Positions 16,415 through 26,180 of a stretch of DNA of 40,435 nucleotides are shown here, piece by piece. Source of the DNA: Chloroflexota bacterium (GTDB taxonomy: Bacteria > Chloroflexota > Dehalococcoidia > SZUA-161); NCBI GenBank assembly GCA_034189725.1, contig JAXHUK010000026.1, forward strand, positions 1-40,435, written 5' to 3'. The notes beneath the pieces were generated by a model. It was given only the letters and a program-made list of their open reading frames with translations, did no database searches and was not told where the DNA came from. Position 1 is the first letter of the stretch, and each line of letters begins with the position of its first letter. Position numbers and translations under genes: made by a program.

Positions 16415-18991
16415 ATGCCCTCAGCAATGACACCGGTAAGAAGCCAGTATCTCAAGATCAAGCGAAGCTATCCCCAGGCTATCGTGTTCTTCCGCCTGGG
16501 CGATTTCTACGAGACCTTCGACGATGATGCCAGGCTGGTCTCCAGCGAACTGGAGATCACGCTGACCTCCAGAGAGATGGGCAAGGGACAGCGCTACCCT
16601 ATGGCAGGCATCCCCTACCACGCCCTGGACAACTACCTGGCGAAGCTCATCAACAAGGGCTACAAGGTAGCCATTTGCGAGCAGATAGGCGAGCCCAAAG
16701 AGGGCAGGGGTTTGGTCGAACGGGATGTGGTTCGGGTGGTCACCCCGGGCACTGTGGTCGAGGCCAACATGCTCGAAATGAAGGCGAACAACTACCTTGC
16801 CGCCCTCGTCATCGAAGGCGAACAGGCAGGGATAGCCTACATCGATATTACAACAAGTGAATTCGCTACCACGCAGATTCCCGCTGAAAACGCCCCGCTC
16901 GAACTGGAGCGACTCCGACCATCGGAGGTACTCGTTACCCAAAGTTCACAAATCCCCCGATCGTGGCTCTCAACTCCAGCAACGCAGTTAGACGATCAGT
17001 GGTTTGAGCTGGACACGGCACGACAAACCCTGCTCGATACATTCGGAGCATCCTCCCTCGAAGGCTACGGCTGTGCTCACCTCCCGCTGGCGATACAAGC
17101 GGCAGGTGCCATTATTCACTATCTGGAGCAAACCCAGAAGGGTGCCCTGGGGCAAATCAATAATCTCGCTACCTACTCCACCGAGTCCTTCATGATCCTG
17201 GATGCCCAGACACGCCGCAACCTGGAGCTCTTCCAGAGCGGCCGCCTGGGGGTAACCGCGGGGTCGCTAGTGTCCGTCATCGATCTCACCAGGACACCCA
17301 TGGGAGGAAGATTGCTCAAGAGGTGGATGGGACAGCCCCTCCTCGATATACCGCAACTGGAGCAGCGCCAGCAAGCTGTAGCCAGCCTTCATTCGCTGCG
17401 GCGGATCGAGGTGATCGGTCTCCTCAGCAAGCTCAGCGATATCGAGCGGCTGATCAATCGCGTGCGGTCAGACATCGCTACGCCCAGAGAGGTAGTATCT
17501 CTACGGCTCAGTCTGGAGCAGGTTCCCCGGATGAGGGCTGTACTGGAAGAGGAGGAAACGTTACAGTGGCTCTACTCCGAACTCAAGCCCTGTGACGATG
17601 TCATAACATTGATCTCACAAGCTATTGTGGACGCTCCCCCGGCTACCGTGGGCGGTGGCGATGCGATAAGGAATGGCTTCTCCAGCGAATTAGATGAGCT
17701 TCGCTCGGCTTCATCAAACGCCCGCAGATACCTGGCAGACCTGGAACGAACCGAGCGCGAGAGGACGGGGATCAAGTCGCTCAAGGTAGGCTACAACAAG
17801 GTATTTGGCTACTATATCGAGGTCACCTCACCTCATACCCACCTCGTCCCCGAAGACTACATACGCAAACAAACGCTGGTGGGAGCGGAGCGCTACTTCA
17901 CCCCCCAGCTCAAAGAGTACGAATCGTTAATTCTCAATGCCGAGTCCAGGATTGCGGAGCTGGAAACCACCCTCTTTCGCCAGGTATGCCGCCAAATCGG
18001 AGGGTGGGGCGAGCGCATCCTGGGTATTGCCGCTGCCCTGGCCCAGCTCGACGTCCTCTCTACATTCGCCGAGGTAGCCGCCAGATATGGCTATACCCGC
18101 CCCAGGCTGACCACAGATGATTCGATAGAGATCGCTGGAGGACGCCATCCTGTGGTAGAGCGAGCGCTGGTCGACGAGCAATTCGTGCCCAACGATGTCT
18201 ATCTCTCCAATCAGGACGCCCAACTCATCATCCTCACCGGCCCCAACATGTCAGGGAAGTCGACCTTCCTGCGCCAGGTAGCTATCATCGTGCTCCTCGC
18301 CCAGATCGGCAGCTTCGTTCCCGCGGACTCAGCCACTATAGGGCTGGTAGACCGTATTTTCACCAGGGTTGGACTTCAGGACGACCTGGTCACCGGGCAA
18401 TCGACATTCATGATCGAGATGGTGGAGACGGCCAACATACTCAACAACGCCACTTCAAAGTCGTTGATCATACTGGACGAAATCGGGCGCGGGACATCGA
18501 CCTACGATGGACTCTCCATTGCCCAGGCGGTGGCGGAATATATCCACAACCACCCCCGGCTTGGCGCAAAGACGCTCTTTGCTACTCACTACCACGAGCT
18601 TGTGGGGCTGGCCAACTTCCTGCCCCGCGTGAGAAATTTCAATGTCGCCGTATCGGAGGAGGATGGCACAGTGGTCTTCCTGCGTAAGATAATCCCCGGG
18701 GGTGCCGATAAAAGCTACGGCATTCACGTAGCACAGCTCGCAGGTTTACCCCGAGCAGTGGTACATCGCGCCGACGAGGTTTTGGCCGACCTCGAGAATC
18801 ATACCGAGTCAAAAGGGGCACGAAGCGCACAACGCCCCAGCCGCCGTGAGAGGTCTCCCTCAGAGCAACTGCCCCTCTTCGGAGAAAAATCCCCCGTACT
18901 GGACGCCCTCCTCAAGCTGGACGTCTCCTCGATGACTCCTCTCGAGGCCATCACCAAGCTCTACGAGTTGCAGCAAAAGGCCAGAGAATAG
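16415..18991 (+). CDS. mutS: DNA mismatch repair protein MutS
   Basis: The N-terminal mismatch-binding motif is TPVRSQYLKIKRSYPQAIVFFRLGDFYETF. Walker A is GPNMSGKST, and DELGRGTSTYDG-type and ATHYHEL motifs are present. I prefer ATG at 16415. The ORF stays open back to TTG at 16373. Confidence 0.96.
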   Translation: MPSAMTPVRSQYLKIKRSYPQAIVFFRLGDFYETFDDDARLVSSELEITLTSREMGKGQRYPMAGIPYHALDNYLAKLINKGYKVAICEQIGEPKEGRGLVERDVVRVVTPGTVVEANMLEMKANNYLAALVIEGEQAGIAYIDITTSEFATTQIPAENAPLELERLRPSEVLVTQSSQIPRSWLSTPATQLDDQWFELDTARQTLLDTFGASSLEGYGCAHLPLAIQAAGAIIHYLEQTQKGALGQINNLATYSTESFMILDAQTRRNLELFQSGRLGVTAGSLVSVIDLTRTPMGGRLLKRWMGQPLLDIPQLEQRQQAVASLHSLRRIEVIGLLSKLSDIERLINRVRSDIATPREVVSLRLSLEQVPRMRAVLEEEETLQWLYSELKPCDDVITLISQAIVDAPPATVGGGDAIRNGFSSELDELRSASSNARRYLADLERTERERTGIKSLKVGYNKVFGYYIEVTSPHTHLVPEDYIRKQTLVGAERYFTPQLKEYESLILNAESRIAELETTLFRQVCRQIGGWGERILGIAAALAQLDVLSTFAEVAARYGYTRPRLTTDDSIEIAGGRHPVVERALVDEQFVPNDVYLSNQDAQLIILTGPNMSGKSTFLRQVAIIVLLAQIGSFVPADSATIGLVDRIFTRVGLQDDLVTGQSTFMIEMVETANILNNATSKSLIILDEIGRGTSTYDGLSIAQAVAEYIHNHPRLGAKTLFATHYHELVGLANFLPRVRNFNVAVSEEDGTVVFLRKIIPGGADKSYGIHVAQLAGLPRAVVHRADEVLADLENHTESKGARSAQRPSRRERSPSEQLPLFGEKSPVLDALLKLDVSSMTPLEAITKLYELQQKARE

Positions 18992-19003
18992 CAGTAACGA
19001 CAG

Positions 19004-19033
19004 CACGGGGGTGACTGAAAAGTCACCCCCGTG
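19004..19033 (+). terminator. Strong hairpin after mutS
   Basis: Perfect 13-bp stem cacgggggtgact / agtcacccccgtg with a GAAA loop, 13 nt after the mutS stop. There is no clear U-tract. Confidence 0.55.
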
Positions 19034-19169
19034 CACTATACGCAACATCCCTCCACCGCATCCACTACGCTAATCGAATACGACTAATAGAGGAGGAATC
19101 CCAACCTTACAGCAGCAATCGCTGACAAAAGCGCTTTCCTTACTAAAGAGGTAGCATCCTACGTTTGTT

Positions 19170-19676
19170 CTACCTTGCAGCGCAAGCGAGAGCTTCAACA
19201 GGGCCCTTAGACGGCTTTATCTCAAGATGCAATTCGTCAAGCATCTTGTTCCGTAGTATTCGCAGGCTATTCTGAAGCTGTTCCTGTTCCTCTTCCGACA
19301 AATCGGACATGACATTGGTCATCAAGGATTTGTAAACCTCTACTCCTGGGTCGCAGAGTTCCCTGCCCTTATCCGTAATCTTGATCTCAGTATAGGGCTG
19401 CCCCTTTCGTTTCGGGATCCTTGTTACCAGTCCGTCCTTCTCCATTCGATTGAGTAATCCGGCTATGGTCTGGTTTTCCCGGAACATTAAACGAGCTATC
19501 TCTGCAGGAATTAACGGCCCAGGGTAATCCCTGCAAGCCCACAGAACGGTAGCCTTCTCGGGCGTTAGGCCAACCTTGGCTAATTTAGCCTCAGCGACCT
19601 TGTTTATCGCCGTCCAAGTTTGGCTGAGCACCGACCATGTGGTCATAGCTGTTTCATTGAACCGAAGCTCGTACAT
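19170..19676 (-). CDS. MarR-family transcriptional regulator
   Basis: Winged HTH pattern LTPEKATVLWACRDYPGPLIPAEIARLMFRENQTIAGLLNRMEKDGLVTRIPKRKGQPYTEIKITDKGREL. ATG at 19676 is preceded by GGGAGG. The 5' ORF extension to 19838 looks non-coding. Confidence 0.88.
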   Translation of the reverse strand: MYELRFNETAMTTWSVLSQTWTAINKVAEAKLAKVGLTPEKATVLWACRDYPGPLIPAEIARLMFRENQTIAGLLNRMEKDGLVTRIPKRKGQPYTEIKITDKGRELCDPGVEVYKSLMTNVMSDLSEEEQEQLQNSLRILRNKMLDELHLEIKPSKGPVEALACAAR

Positions 19677-19940
19677 CCAAATACCTCCCCCGTGACTCCT
19701 TGTTGAATTTTTTAAAATAGAGCCATAGCCTATTATATCATACTGCTTGATAGCAAGCAACGACCATCGGATATTGGAATCAGAGATAATTGTACTATTC
19801 TCTGACCACCTGATAGGATCGTACGAGCAATGTAGCAACTATACGGAACAGAACAGTATCGAAGAAATGTAGGTATAGTAAAGGAATATAAGCAAACGGT
19901 ACGTTGACTTTCCCCAGGAAATTCCATAGTATTATTACAC

Positions 19941-19987
19941 CAGTACGATAGTATCAGTACGATAGTTCAGCGGTAGTGGACACCACT
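19941..19987. promoter_or_regulatory. Candidate operator elements in the marR / DUF5658 divergent region
   Basis: The 12-nt direct repeat cagtacgatagt occurs at 19941-19952 and 19955-19966. The palindrome AGTGG-ACA-CCACT lies at 19975-19987. Confidence 0.3.
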
Positions 19988-20020
19988 GCCATAACACTAC
20001 AGTACTAAGGTCGTGAAACT

Positions 20021-20383
20021 ATGCACGCCAACGAAGAATCAGCTGTGATTCGGGAAAAAGCGCAAAATAAGCAGGTTGGCCTGATAAGAATAGCCCAATT
20101 CATGGCAATTCTCTGGGTTATTCTGTCACTCGCTGACGCCGGTATTACCTACATTTGCCTGAAAGACGCCACAAATATAGAAGGAAATCCTTTTGCCAGA
20201 GCATTACTTTCACATGGTGAGGCACTATTCTATGGGGCAAAGCTAGCTATTACTCTTGGCGTGGGGGCAGGCTTTCTGTGGCTATCAAACAGGACACCGT
20301 ATTTGAAGTTAATGATCGTCTGCCTGACACTGCTACTGGTCATGTTTACCGCTGTGCTGGTTAACAATATACTGCATCTATAA
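20021..20383 (+). CDS. Small integral membrane protein, DUF5658-like
   Basis: 120 aa with 3-4 TM helices. The motif ADAGITYICLKD...IEGNPFARAL is typical of DUF5658. Confidence 0.7.
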   Translation: MHANEESAVIREKAQNKQVGLIRIAQFMAILWVILSLADAGITYICLKDATNIEGNPFARALLSHGEALFYGAKLAITLGVGAGFLWLSNRTPYLKLMIVCLTLLLVMFTAVLVNNILHL

Positions 20384-20430
20384 TCACGAAATGAAAACCT
20401 CTACGTCACACGTTGTGTCACGGAACCAAT

Positions 20431-21327
20431 TCAGCAACCAGGCGTTATCCCAAAGTCCACAGCGACTTTTTTCACATCCTCAAGCAATGAATATACATCA
20501 ACATTTGGCAACTCGCGCACAATCTTCCTGAATGGGTCATCAGTGCTCTCTTCACTCTTAAAGATATCCAGTAGATCATCAATACCATCACCGTTTTGAG
20601 AGTCCGGGGAGGATGACATGTCTACCGCCTCGGAAGCTTGGCCCTCTGCTTCGGCGGGTGGAGCAGGGTCCATCAACGCGGCATCGAAAATATCGTTTTC
20701 CGCTTCGAAAGGCGAAGCGGCATTGTCTATAAGCCCCGGATCAAATCCCTGGCTTCCTGCATCATAACCAGCCGGTGGTGCTATATCCCCAAGCCCCGGA
20801 GCAAATCCCTGGCTTCCTGCATCGTAACCAGCCGGTGGTGCTATATCCCCAAGTCCCGGGGCAAATCCCTGGCTTCCTGCGTCATAACCAGTCTGAACTA
20901 CAGCATCCTGAAGCCCCGCACTTTGCCCTTGTGCCACAATAGCATCTTGTGGTGCACTATCTACCACGTCAAGCTCTACCTGGCCATAAACCTCGTCTCC
21001 ACCCAGAGATATCCCTCCCAAATCCCCCGCCATCTGTCCGTGTTCTCCGTTAGCCGGTTCCTGATTTATCGCCTGCGGCTCAACAATGCTACTGTCGTAA
21101 CTGCCTAACTCAGCCATTGATAGTTCTGAAAACGATACTGGGATTCTCTCGTCCGCTTCGTCTCCAAACTGGCCAAGCTTCTTCTCTCCTGCAGCGAGGA
21201 ATTTTCCTACAGGATCAACCTCATCGACGACGGTGCTTCTATCACTTCTGCTTGAAAGTAAAGGGCTTTTCCACAACCGCCGCACCGATTGCAAACCACG
21301 TTGTACCGGTTCTAATTCTATCTTCAT
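20431..21327 (-). CDS. Acidic, low-complexity protein with three 20-aa tandem repeats; unknown function, downstream of arlJ
   Basis: 298-aa ORF containing (PP)AGYDAGSQGFAPGLGDIA three times. It is very D/E-rich with a C-terminal DDLLDIFKSEESTDDPF...LLEDVKK segment. The start codon is uncertain. Confidence 0.6.
   Translation of the reverse strand: MKIELEPVQRGLQSVRRLWKSPLLSSRSDRSTVVDEVDPVGKFLAAGEKKLGQFGDEADERIPVSFSELSMAELGSYDSSIVEPQAINQEPANGEHGQMAGDLGGISLGGDEVYGQVELDVVDSAPQDAIVAQGQSAGLQDAVVQTGYDAGSQGFAPGLGDIAPPAGYDAGSQGFAPGLGDIAPPAGYDAGSQGFDPGLIDNAASPFEAENDIFDAALMDPAPPAEAEGQASEAVDMSSSPDSQNGDGIDDLLDIFKSEESTDDPFRKIVRELPNVDVYSLLEDVKKVAVDFGITPGC
20731..20893. repeat. Tandem repeat, 60-bp unit, about 2.7 copies (intragenic)
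   Basis: The units start at 20731, 20791 and 20851 with only a few substitutions and an exact 60-bp period. Confidence 0.9.
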
Positions 21328-21665
21328 GCAGGATCGCTCTACCTAGCTAGTATAGTGGAAAACACGTAGCTCAGCCTGTGATACCTCAATAGAGAAGGAC
21401 ATGGATTTCGCTGTTCAACCATTGCTGCAGGTTTACCGAATGTGTCATTGTGTATCTACCACCCTTGAACAGTAACACATCTACACCCATGTCAACAATG
21501 CCCAAATCGGTATCAACATATGAGGGAAATCGTACTGAGCGATATACAGGACGAAAGAACATTGATTTCGGCATGGAGTAAGGGCAAAATGAGTACGTTA
21601 GTTTACCAGCGTATAGGGAGGTAGATGTACCAGCCGTTGAACAGGGTGTTTGACTCTAACATCAG

Positions 21666-23189
21666 CTACATAGCGGACATCGAACCGAATATGCTGTCTG
21701 CAGCGATGGGTACTACAACCATCACTGCCCCGGAAGAGCCTAGAGTCAAAGCGAGGAAACTAAAGAATTTATACTTATTGCCACCATCAGCGGCGGCGGC
21801 GGCGAACGCAGTCGTCAGTGACAGGACGATTATACAGGGGAGAACGACAGTTTGCAGAAACTCAATGCCCTCAAAGCTGAATGTGAACATATTACTCGCC
21901 ATTTCCTGTGCTTCAACAACACTTTCCGTGTATACATTTTCAAGTACTTCGCCGAACATCAACAATACCTGCACCACGAATGACAGCAAACCGACAATAG
22001 CTATATGCATAGCAATAGCCAGGTACCCAAATGATGCCGACACCTGACTCCTCTTGGCACGTAGAAAATCAAGCATGGTTGCTACTATAGAGGAGCGAGA
22101 CCCTACCTCCTCGGGATCGCCACCCAACCTGTTAGCATCATTGAACATCTTCACACTTCGGTATACCGTTTCACTGCCTGTCTCCAGAGAAAAGCGCTGC
22201 CAGCATATATCGGGTTGCAGCCGGGAGTCCAGCCTGGCGCTTAGCCTCGTAACATCTGCCGCCAGGTTCGCTGTCGACCTCAGGTCCAACCTGCTCAGAG
22301 CAGTAGAAACTGTTAATCCGATCGCCGACGCCACGTTCCCCAGTGACCTCAAAAAGATGCTAATATCAGCATCTTTCTTCTTCACCGCCTTGTCAAATAA
22401 CATACCAGCTACACCTACAGGAAACATGAGTGCTGATGAGATAATGAGAGCCCATCCTATCCCCATTCCAGCTACCAAAACAACGATAAAACCGATGGCG
22501 GCTGCAGGTAATAGAATTCGAGCCAGCCGACGTGTCCTCTCGTAGCTAGTACAGTACCAGGCGGGATTATGGACCCTCACCTCCTTGGGTGCTACCCTGA
22601 AAATCATCCAGGATCCCATTGCAGCTACACAAATAGTAACACCAACGATTATGATGGTGAATGATTTTGCTACCGGGTAGATAAGCATGGAGACCGCAGC
22701 AACCATCACAATCAGGGCTGCAGACACAATGAGGGAAGCATAGCCTTCAGTCCACTTCCTCAGCGATTCCACATCGCGTTCATATTCATTCTGAAATGAC
22801 TCGGCCTGTATCTTTGCCTCCTGAGCCAGGAAGTCAGCCTCTGCTTCTCCTGAACCGAGGGAGCTCGCAAGACGCAACAGTAGACTTTTGACCACATCAT
22901 TATCAGCGGATTCTCCCACGAGACGACTGGCCACAGCATAATCATATCGCATTTGCTTCGCCAGGGTGTGGATATCCTCAAAATAGTGCGCTGAGGTACA
23001 GGGGAGCTGACTGGCAAACTCAAATATCTGGCTGCGTGGAATACCTGCTGCAGCTATAGACGACATATATGCCAGTTGGTAGAACAGGTCAAAACTGAGA
23101 TAGTCACTACCTGCAATGCCTTTTTTAAAGGACTCTTCTTCAGAAGAGTCCTTCCTGCCGCGCTTTAGCGAGAACTTTGAGAAGTTCAT
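21666..23189 (-). CDS. arlJ: Archaellum membrane platform protein ArlJ/FlaJ (T2SS-F/TadC superfamily)
   Basis: 507-aa polytopic membrane protein with two cytoplasmic helical domains. The N-terminal FDLFYQLAYMSSIAAAG motif is typical of FlaJ. It overlaps the arlI 3' end by 50 nt. Confidence 0.8.
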   Translation of the reverse strand: MNFSKFSLKRGRKDSSEEESFKKGIAGSDYLSFDLFYQLAYMSSIAAAGIPRSQIFEFASQLPCTSAHYFEDIHTLAKQMRYDYAVASRLVGESADNDVVKSLLLRLASSLGSGEAEADFLAQEAKIQAESFQNEYERDVESLRKWTEGYASLIVSAALIVMVAAVSMLIYPVAKSFTIIIVGVTICVAAMGSWMIFRVAPKEVRVHNPAWYCTSYERTRRLARILLPAAAIGFIVVLVAGMGIGWALIISSALMFPVGVAGMLFDKAVKKKDADISIFLRSLGNVASAIGLTVSTALSRLDLRSTANLAADVTRLSARLDSRLQPDICWQRFSLETGSETVYRSVKMFNDANRLGGDPEEVGSRSSIVATMLDFLRAKRSQVSASFGYLAIAMHIAIVGLLSFVVQVLLMFGEVLENVYTESVVEAQEMASNMFTFSFEGIEFLQTVVLPCIIVLSLTTAFAAAAADGGNKYKFFSFLALTLGSSGAVMVVVPIAADSIFGSMSAM

Positions 23190-24924
23190 AAAAGTCGGTC
23201 ACTCCCTTGTCTTTATGGAGTTTTTCTAGTATCCTCTGCCTTCTCTCCACCGATGAATAGATTTGCCACTTGCGGTTGGATGGGATTCCATGCTTTGGCG
23301 CGAGCTTCTCTTCCAATAAAAAACTGTTCTTGTTCCCCACAAACTCGAACGTATCGTTCACTGAGTCCCAACGAAACACCTCGACAAAGGAGAAAATGTT
23401 GTCAACAGGATCATAACCTACGATTTCACTGATACTGGTTGCACGCCGGCCCTTTTTACCATTGGGCAACTTGACAGCGTTTTGGCATACCACCACGTTC
23501 AAATTGTCCATATAGGTCTTGGATACATTGATCGGAGGTCCGGTGAGACGCTGAATCAGTTTCTCAACATTGGAAGCGTGGAACGTACTCATCACCTGAT
23601 GGCCTGTCTGCATTGCGCCAAAAGCGATATTCCCTTCCTCGCCACGTATCTCACCTACAATTATTACATCAGGGCGCTGCCTCAAAGCAGCCTTTAATAG
23701 CTCGAACATGTTCACATTAGAAACTTTTTCTCCTGGTGCGGGATTTTTAGCTACCTCTCGCAGCCAATTCGAGTGAGGGACCTGAAGCTCCGGTGTGTCC
23801 TCTATGCTTATGATTTTGTGATTCGTTGGCATAAAGGCAGTCACTGCATTCATCAGTGTAGTCTTACCTGAGGCGGTCTCCCCAACGACAAACACATTCA
23901 TACCATCCTCGATCACCATGGAAAGATACGCAGCCATCTCATAGTTCAGGCTACCGAATTCAATAAGCTCCATGACACTTAGTGGCGTATCCGCAAATTT
24001 TCTGATGGTGAAATTGCTGCCACGCCTTGAGACCTCCCGACCAAAGACAATGTTAATACGAGAGCCATCAGCCAGAGTAGCATCCACGATCGGACTACGC
24101 AGCGTAACCGGTTTTTTTATCGACTCGGAAAGACGAAGCACAAACTCATCCACATCATCATGGGTTTCAAATGTGATGCATGATTGTACGCTCCTGAATA
24201 TCTTATGCTCAACGAATATGCCACCGACTCCGCTGCAACTAATATCCTCAATGTTAGAGTCTTGTATGAGCGGCTCCATGACTCCCATCCCCACCTTGTC
24301 TCTCACAATGATGTACTTTAACGCTTCAAGTTGATCGGGGGACACCTCGACCTTACTCTTTTTACTTATGCCTTTCCCCTTCTTTCCTTTCCCTTTTCCT
24401 TTATCACCTTTTCCACTACCATCATCATCTGCCGTAGATAAACTTGTGGAAGTACCATTACGGTGCACTGTAGTGACCTTATCTATCAACCGCAGAAGAC
24501 ACTCGGTTCGTTCTTCATCAGATTTTACATTGCTCAGGGCTTCAGCTTCATCGACCAGCCTATCCTCTACCTCATGAAGCACTACACTCATGTCCTGATT
24601 CATTCCCGGTTCAATCGGGATATAGAAAGGTCTGCCACCGCTGGAGTCGGAGTACATGTGAATGAAAATCTCTTCCCCGACAGGGAAGATAAGGTTAAGT
24701 TGCTTACGATCACCATCAGACCGCTTGAGCTTGGATACGTACTCCGGGACCGCTACCTCATCGAGTGGTACCTGACACAGATATTCCCAGAGATGCTTGT
24801 ACTTCTGGCTTGCCGTCTGCATCTCTTCAGGAAGCAAGAGAAACAACTCATCACTTTCATCCGGCATGCGCCTGGCATTACCTGCATCGTCGTTTTTCCC
24901 AAATGGTACTACAGTCCTTGGCAT
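23140..24924 (-). CDS. arlI: Archaellum assembly/motor ATPase ArlI/FlaI (T2SS-E/VirB11 superfamily)
   Basis: Walker A VGETASGKTT, Asp box IISIEDTPEL, Walker B RQRPDVIIVGEIRGEE and His box TGHQVMSTFHA. The long N-terminal domain matches FlaI architecture. Confidence 0.88.
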   Translation of the reverse strand: MPRTVVPFGKNDDAGNARRMPDESDELFLLLPEEMQTASQKYKHLWEYLCQVPLDEVAVPEYVSKLKRSDGDRKQLNLIFPVGEEIFIHMYSDSSGGRPFYIPIEPGMNQDMSVVLHEVEDRLVDEAEALSNVKSDEERTECLLRLIDKVTTVHRNGTSTSLSTADDDGSGKGDKGKGKGKKGKGISKKSKVEVSPDQLEALKYIIVRDKVGMGVMEPLIQDSNIEDISCSGVGGIFVEHKIFRSVQSCITFETHDDVDEFVLRLSESIKKPVTLRSPIVDATLADGSRINIVFGREVSRRGSNFTIRKFADTPLSVMELIEFGSLNYEMAAYLSMVIEDGMNVFVVGETASGKTTLMNAVTAFMPTNHKIISIEDTPELQVPHSNWLREVAKNPAPGEKVSNVNMFELLKAALRQRPDVIIVGEIRGEEGNIAFGAMQTGHQVMSTFHASNVEKLIQRLTGPPINVSKTYMDNLNVVVCQNAVKLPNGKKGRRATSISEIVGYDPVDNIFSFVEVFRWDSVNDTFEFVGNKNSFLLEEKLAPKHGIPSNRKWQIYSSVERRQRILEKLHKDKGVTDFYELLKVLAKARQEGLF

Positions 24925-24933
24925 AGTTAACCT

Positions 24934-25644
24934 TTACGCCCTCGCTTTAGAATACGGTATCACTTTAATGCCCCACCCCGGCTCAACATCGAACGAGATA
25001 ATATTACCTGTGCTTTTCTGAGCCCCCCGCACCTTGGATACCTCCAATATTTTTATCATCTTGCTCCCCATAGTCTCCATACGTAATCTCAGGTGAGCAT
25101 CACACATGGAACCGATCCTGACCATGACATTCTCATCAAAAGCATAAGAATGAGCGACACAGACAACGCTCATCCCTTTATCACAAAGCCCTTTACAATC
25201 CTCAAAAAAGGTGAGAACTTCCTCTGTAGAAGCATGCGTCAAGAAGTAGGTGATGGAATCGACTATCGCTAAATCAATGCCCTTGCCGGAACAACTATTG
25301 AGTATGGGCAGCAGTCCTTCATCCAGATTTCGTCTCGTTTTCTTCGTATCCAGGGGATATATTCGCAATCGAGTTAACAGCAGGTAATCCAGAACATCCA
25401 GGTTAAGGCTCTGCATCTGACTTACCAGGCTCTTCATCGTATTCTCAGTAGTAAACACCATAACTCTTAAACCTAACCGCAGTGAGCCCCAGATCATCTG
25501 CTGGGTCAGCACAGATTTACCAGAATCAGGCTGCCCTTCGATGAGGCACAATGACTTCAGCGGTATTCCTCCGCCCATCTTTTTATCCAGTTCATCATTC
25601 CCTGTCGAGAATGTTCTGACATCCTCCGTTTTTAGCCCGCCCAT
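24934..25644 (-). CDS. arlH: ArlH/FlaH KaiC/RecA-like ATP-binding protein
   Basis: 236 aa with ELDKKMGGGIPLKSLCLIEGQPDSGKSVLTQQM, a KaiC-like Walker A. It lies immediately upstream of arlI, as in archaeal loci. The RBS is AGGAGA. Confidence 0.82.
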   Translation of the reverse strand: MGGLKTEDVRTFSTGNDELDKKMGGGIPLKSLCLIEGQPDSGKSVLTQQMIWGSLRLGLRVMVFTTENTMKSLVSQMQSLNLDVLDYLLLTRLRIYPLDTKKTRRNLDEGLLPILNSCSGKGIDLAIVDSITYFLTHASTEEVLTFFEDCKGLCDKGMSVVCVAHSYAFDENVMVRIGSMCDAHLRLRMETMGSKMIKILEVSKVRGAQKSTGNIISFDVEPGWGIKVIPYSKARA

Positions 25645-25653
25645 ACCAGTCTC

Positions 25654-26175
25654 CTAACCTTGAAACTGCGCCGAGACTACCACACCATTAGGACTGGACA
25701 GAATCACTCGATTGATGGTGTCCACCCCCGGTGATGGATTCAATTTCAATCTCATCAGCGCTACCTCGCCGGGATTGAGGATATCCGGCTCAAATACCTC
25801 CGGATCCTCTGTAGTATCATCCGCGTAGATGGTTATAACCGCCCATTCGTTATCAGAAGGAATGCTCTCCTCTGTATATGAAAGAGAGCCAACGTGGTAG
25901 GTCGTATTTCCATAATACTGAACCAGAACGTCCCATTGGGAAAACTGGGCAAGATGTACCTTGCCAACGTTCTGAACCAGCACATCTACAAAAGGCGCTG
26001 TGTTATTTGCGTTAACTATATCGATATCAGTCCTGAGTATATCCTCTGCTTTATCCGTCATTAATTTCCAGGATTGACAGGTGGAGTCCAGAGAATCAAA
26101 GGATACTTGGGACCAGGACACTACCGCCACCATCATCAAGACCACAACAAACAGGGTTACCAACACATTGCTCAT
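25654..26175 (-). CDS. arlG: ArlG/FlaG-like protein (N-terminal TM + archaellin-like beta domain)
   Basis: 173 aa with a single N-terminal hydrophobic helix VLVTLFVVVLMMVAVVSW followed by a beta-rich domain. The F/G assignment rests only on the Euryarchaeota-type gene order F-G-H-I-J. Confidence 0.55.
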   Translation of the reverse strand: MSNVLVTLFVVVLMMVAVVSWSQVSFDSLDSTCQSWKLMTDKAEDILRTDIDIVNANNTAPFVDVLVQNVGKVHLAQFSQWDVLVQYYGNTTYHVGSLSYTEESIPSDNEWAVITIYADDTTEDPEVFEPDILNPGEVALMRLKLNPSPGVDTINRVILSSPNGVVVSAQFQG

Positions 26176-26180
26176 TTGCT

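Noticed and set aside
19677-19838. N-terminal 54-codon extension of the MarR ORF
   Set aside because: The extension is A+T-rich and has no MarR-like sequence. A strong RBS precedes the internal ATG at 19676.
20731-20893. Possible CRISPR array or minisatellite
   Set aside because: The 60-bp units are contiguous with no spacers and lie in frame inside an ORF. This is a coding tandem repeat, not a CRISPR array.
21386-21574. 62-aa minus-strand ORF between arlJ and the acidic repeat protein
   Set aside because: It has no Shine-Dalgarno-like sequence before either candidate ATG and no recognisable motif. I left it unannotated, though it would be worth a conservation check.
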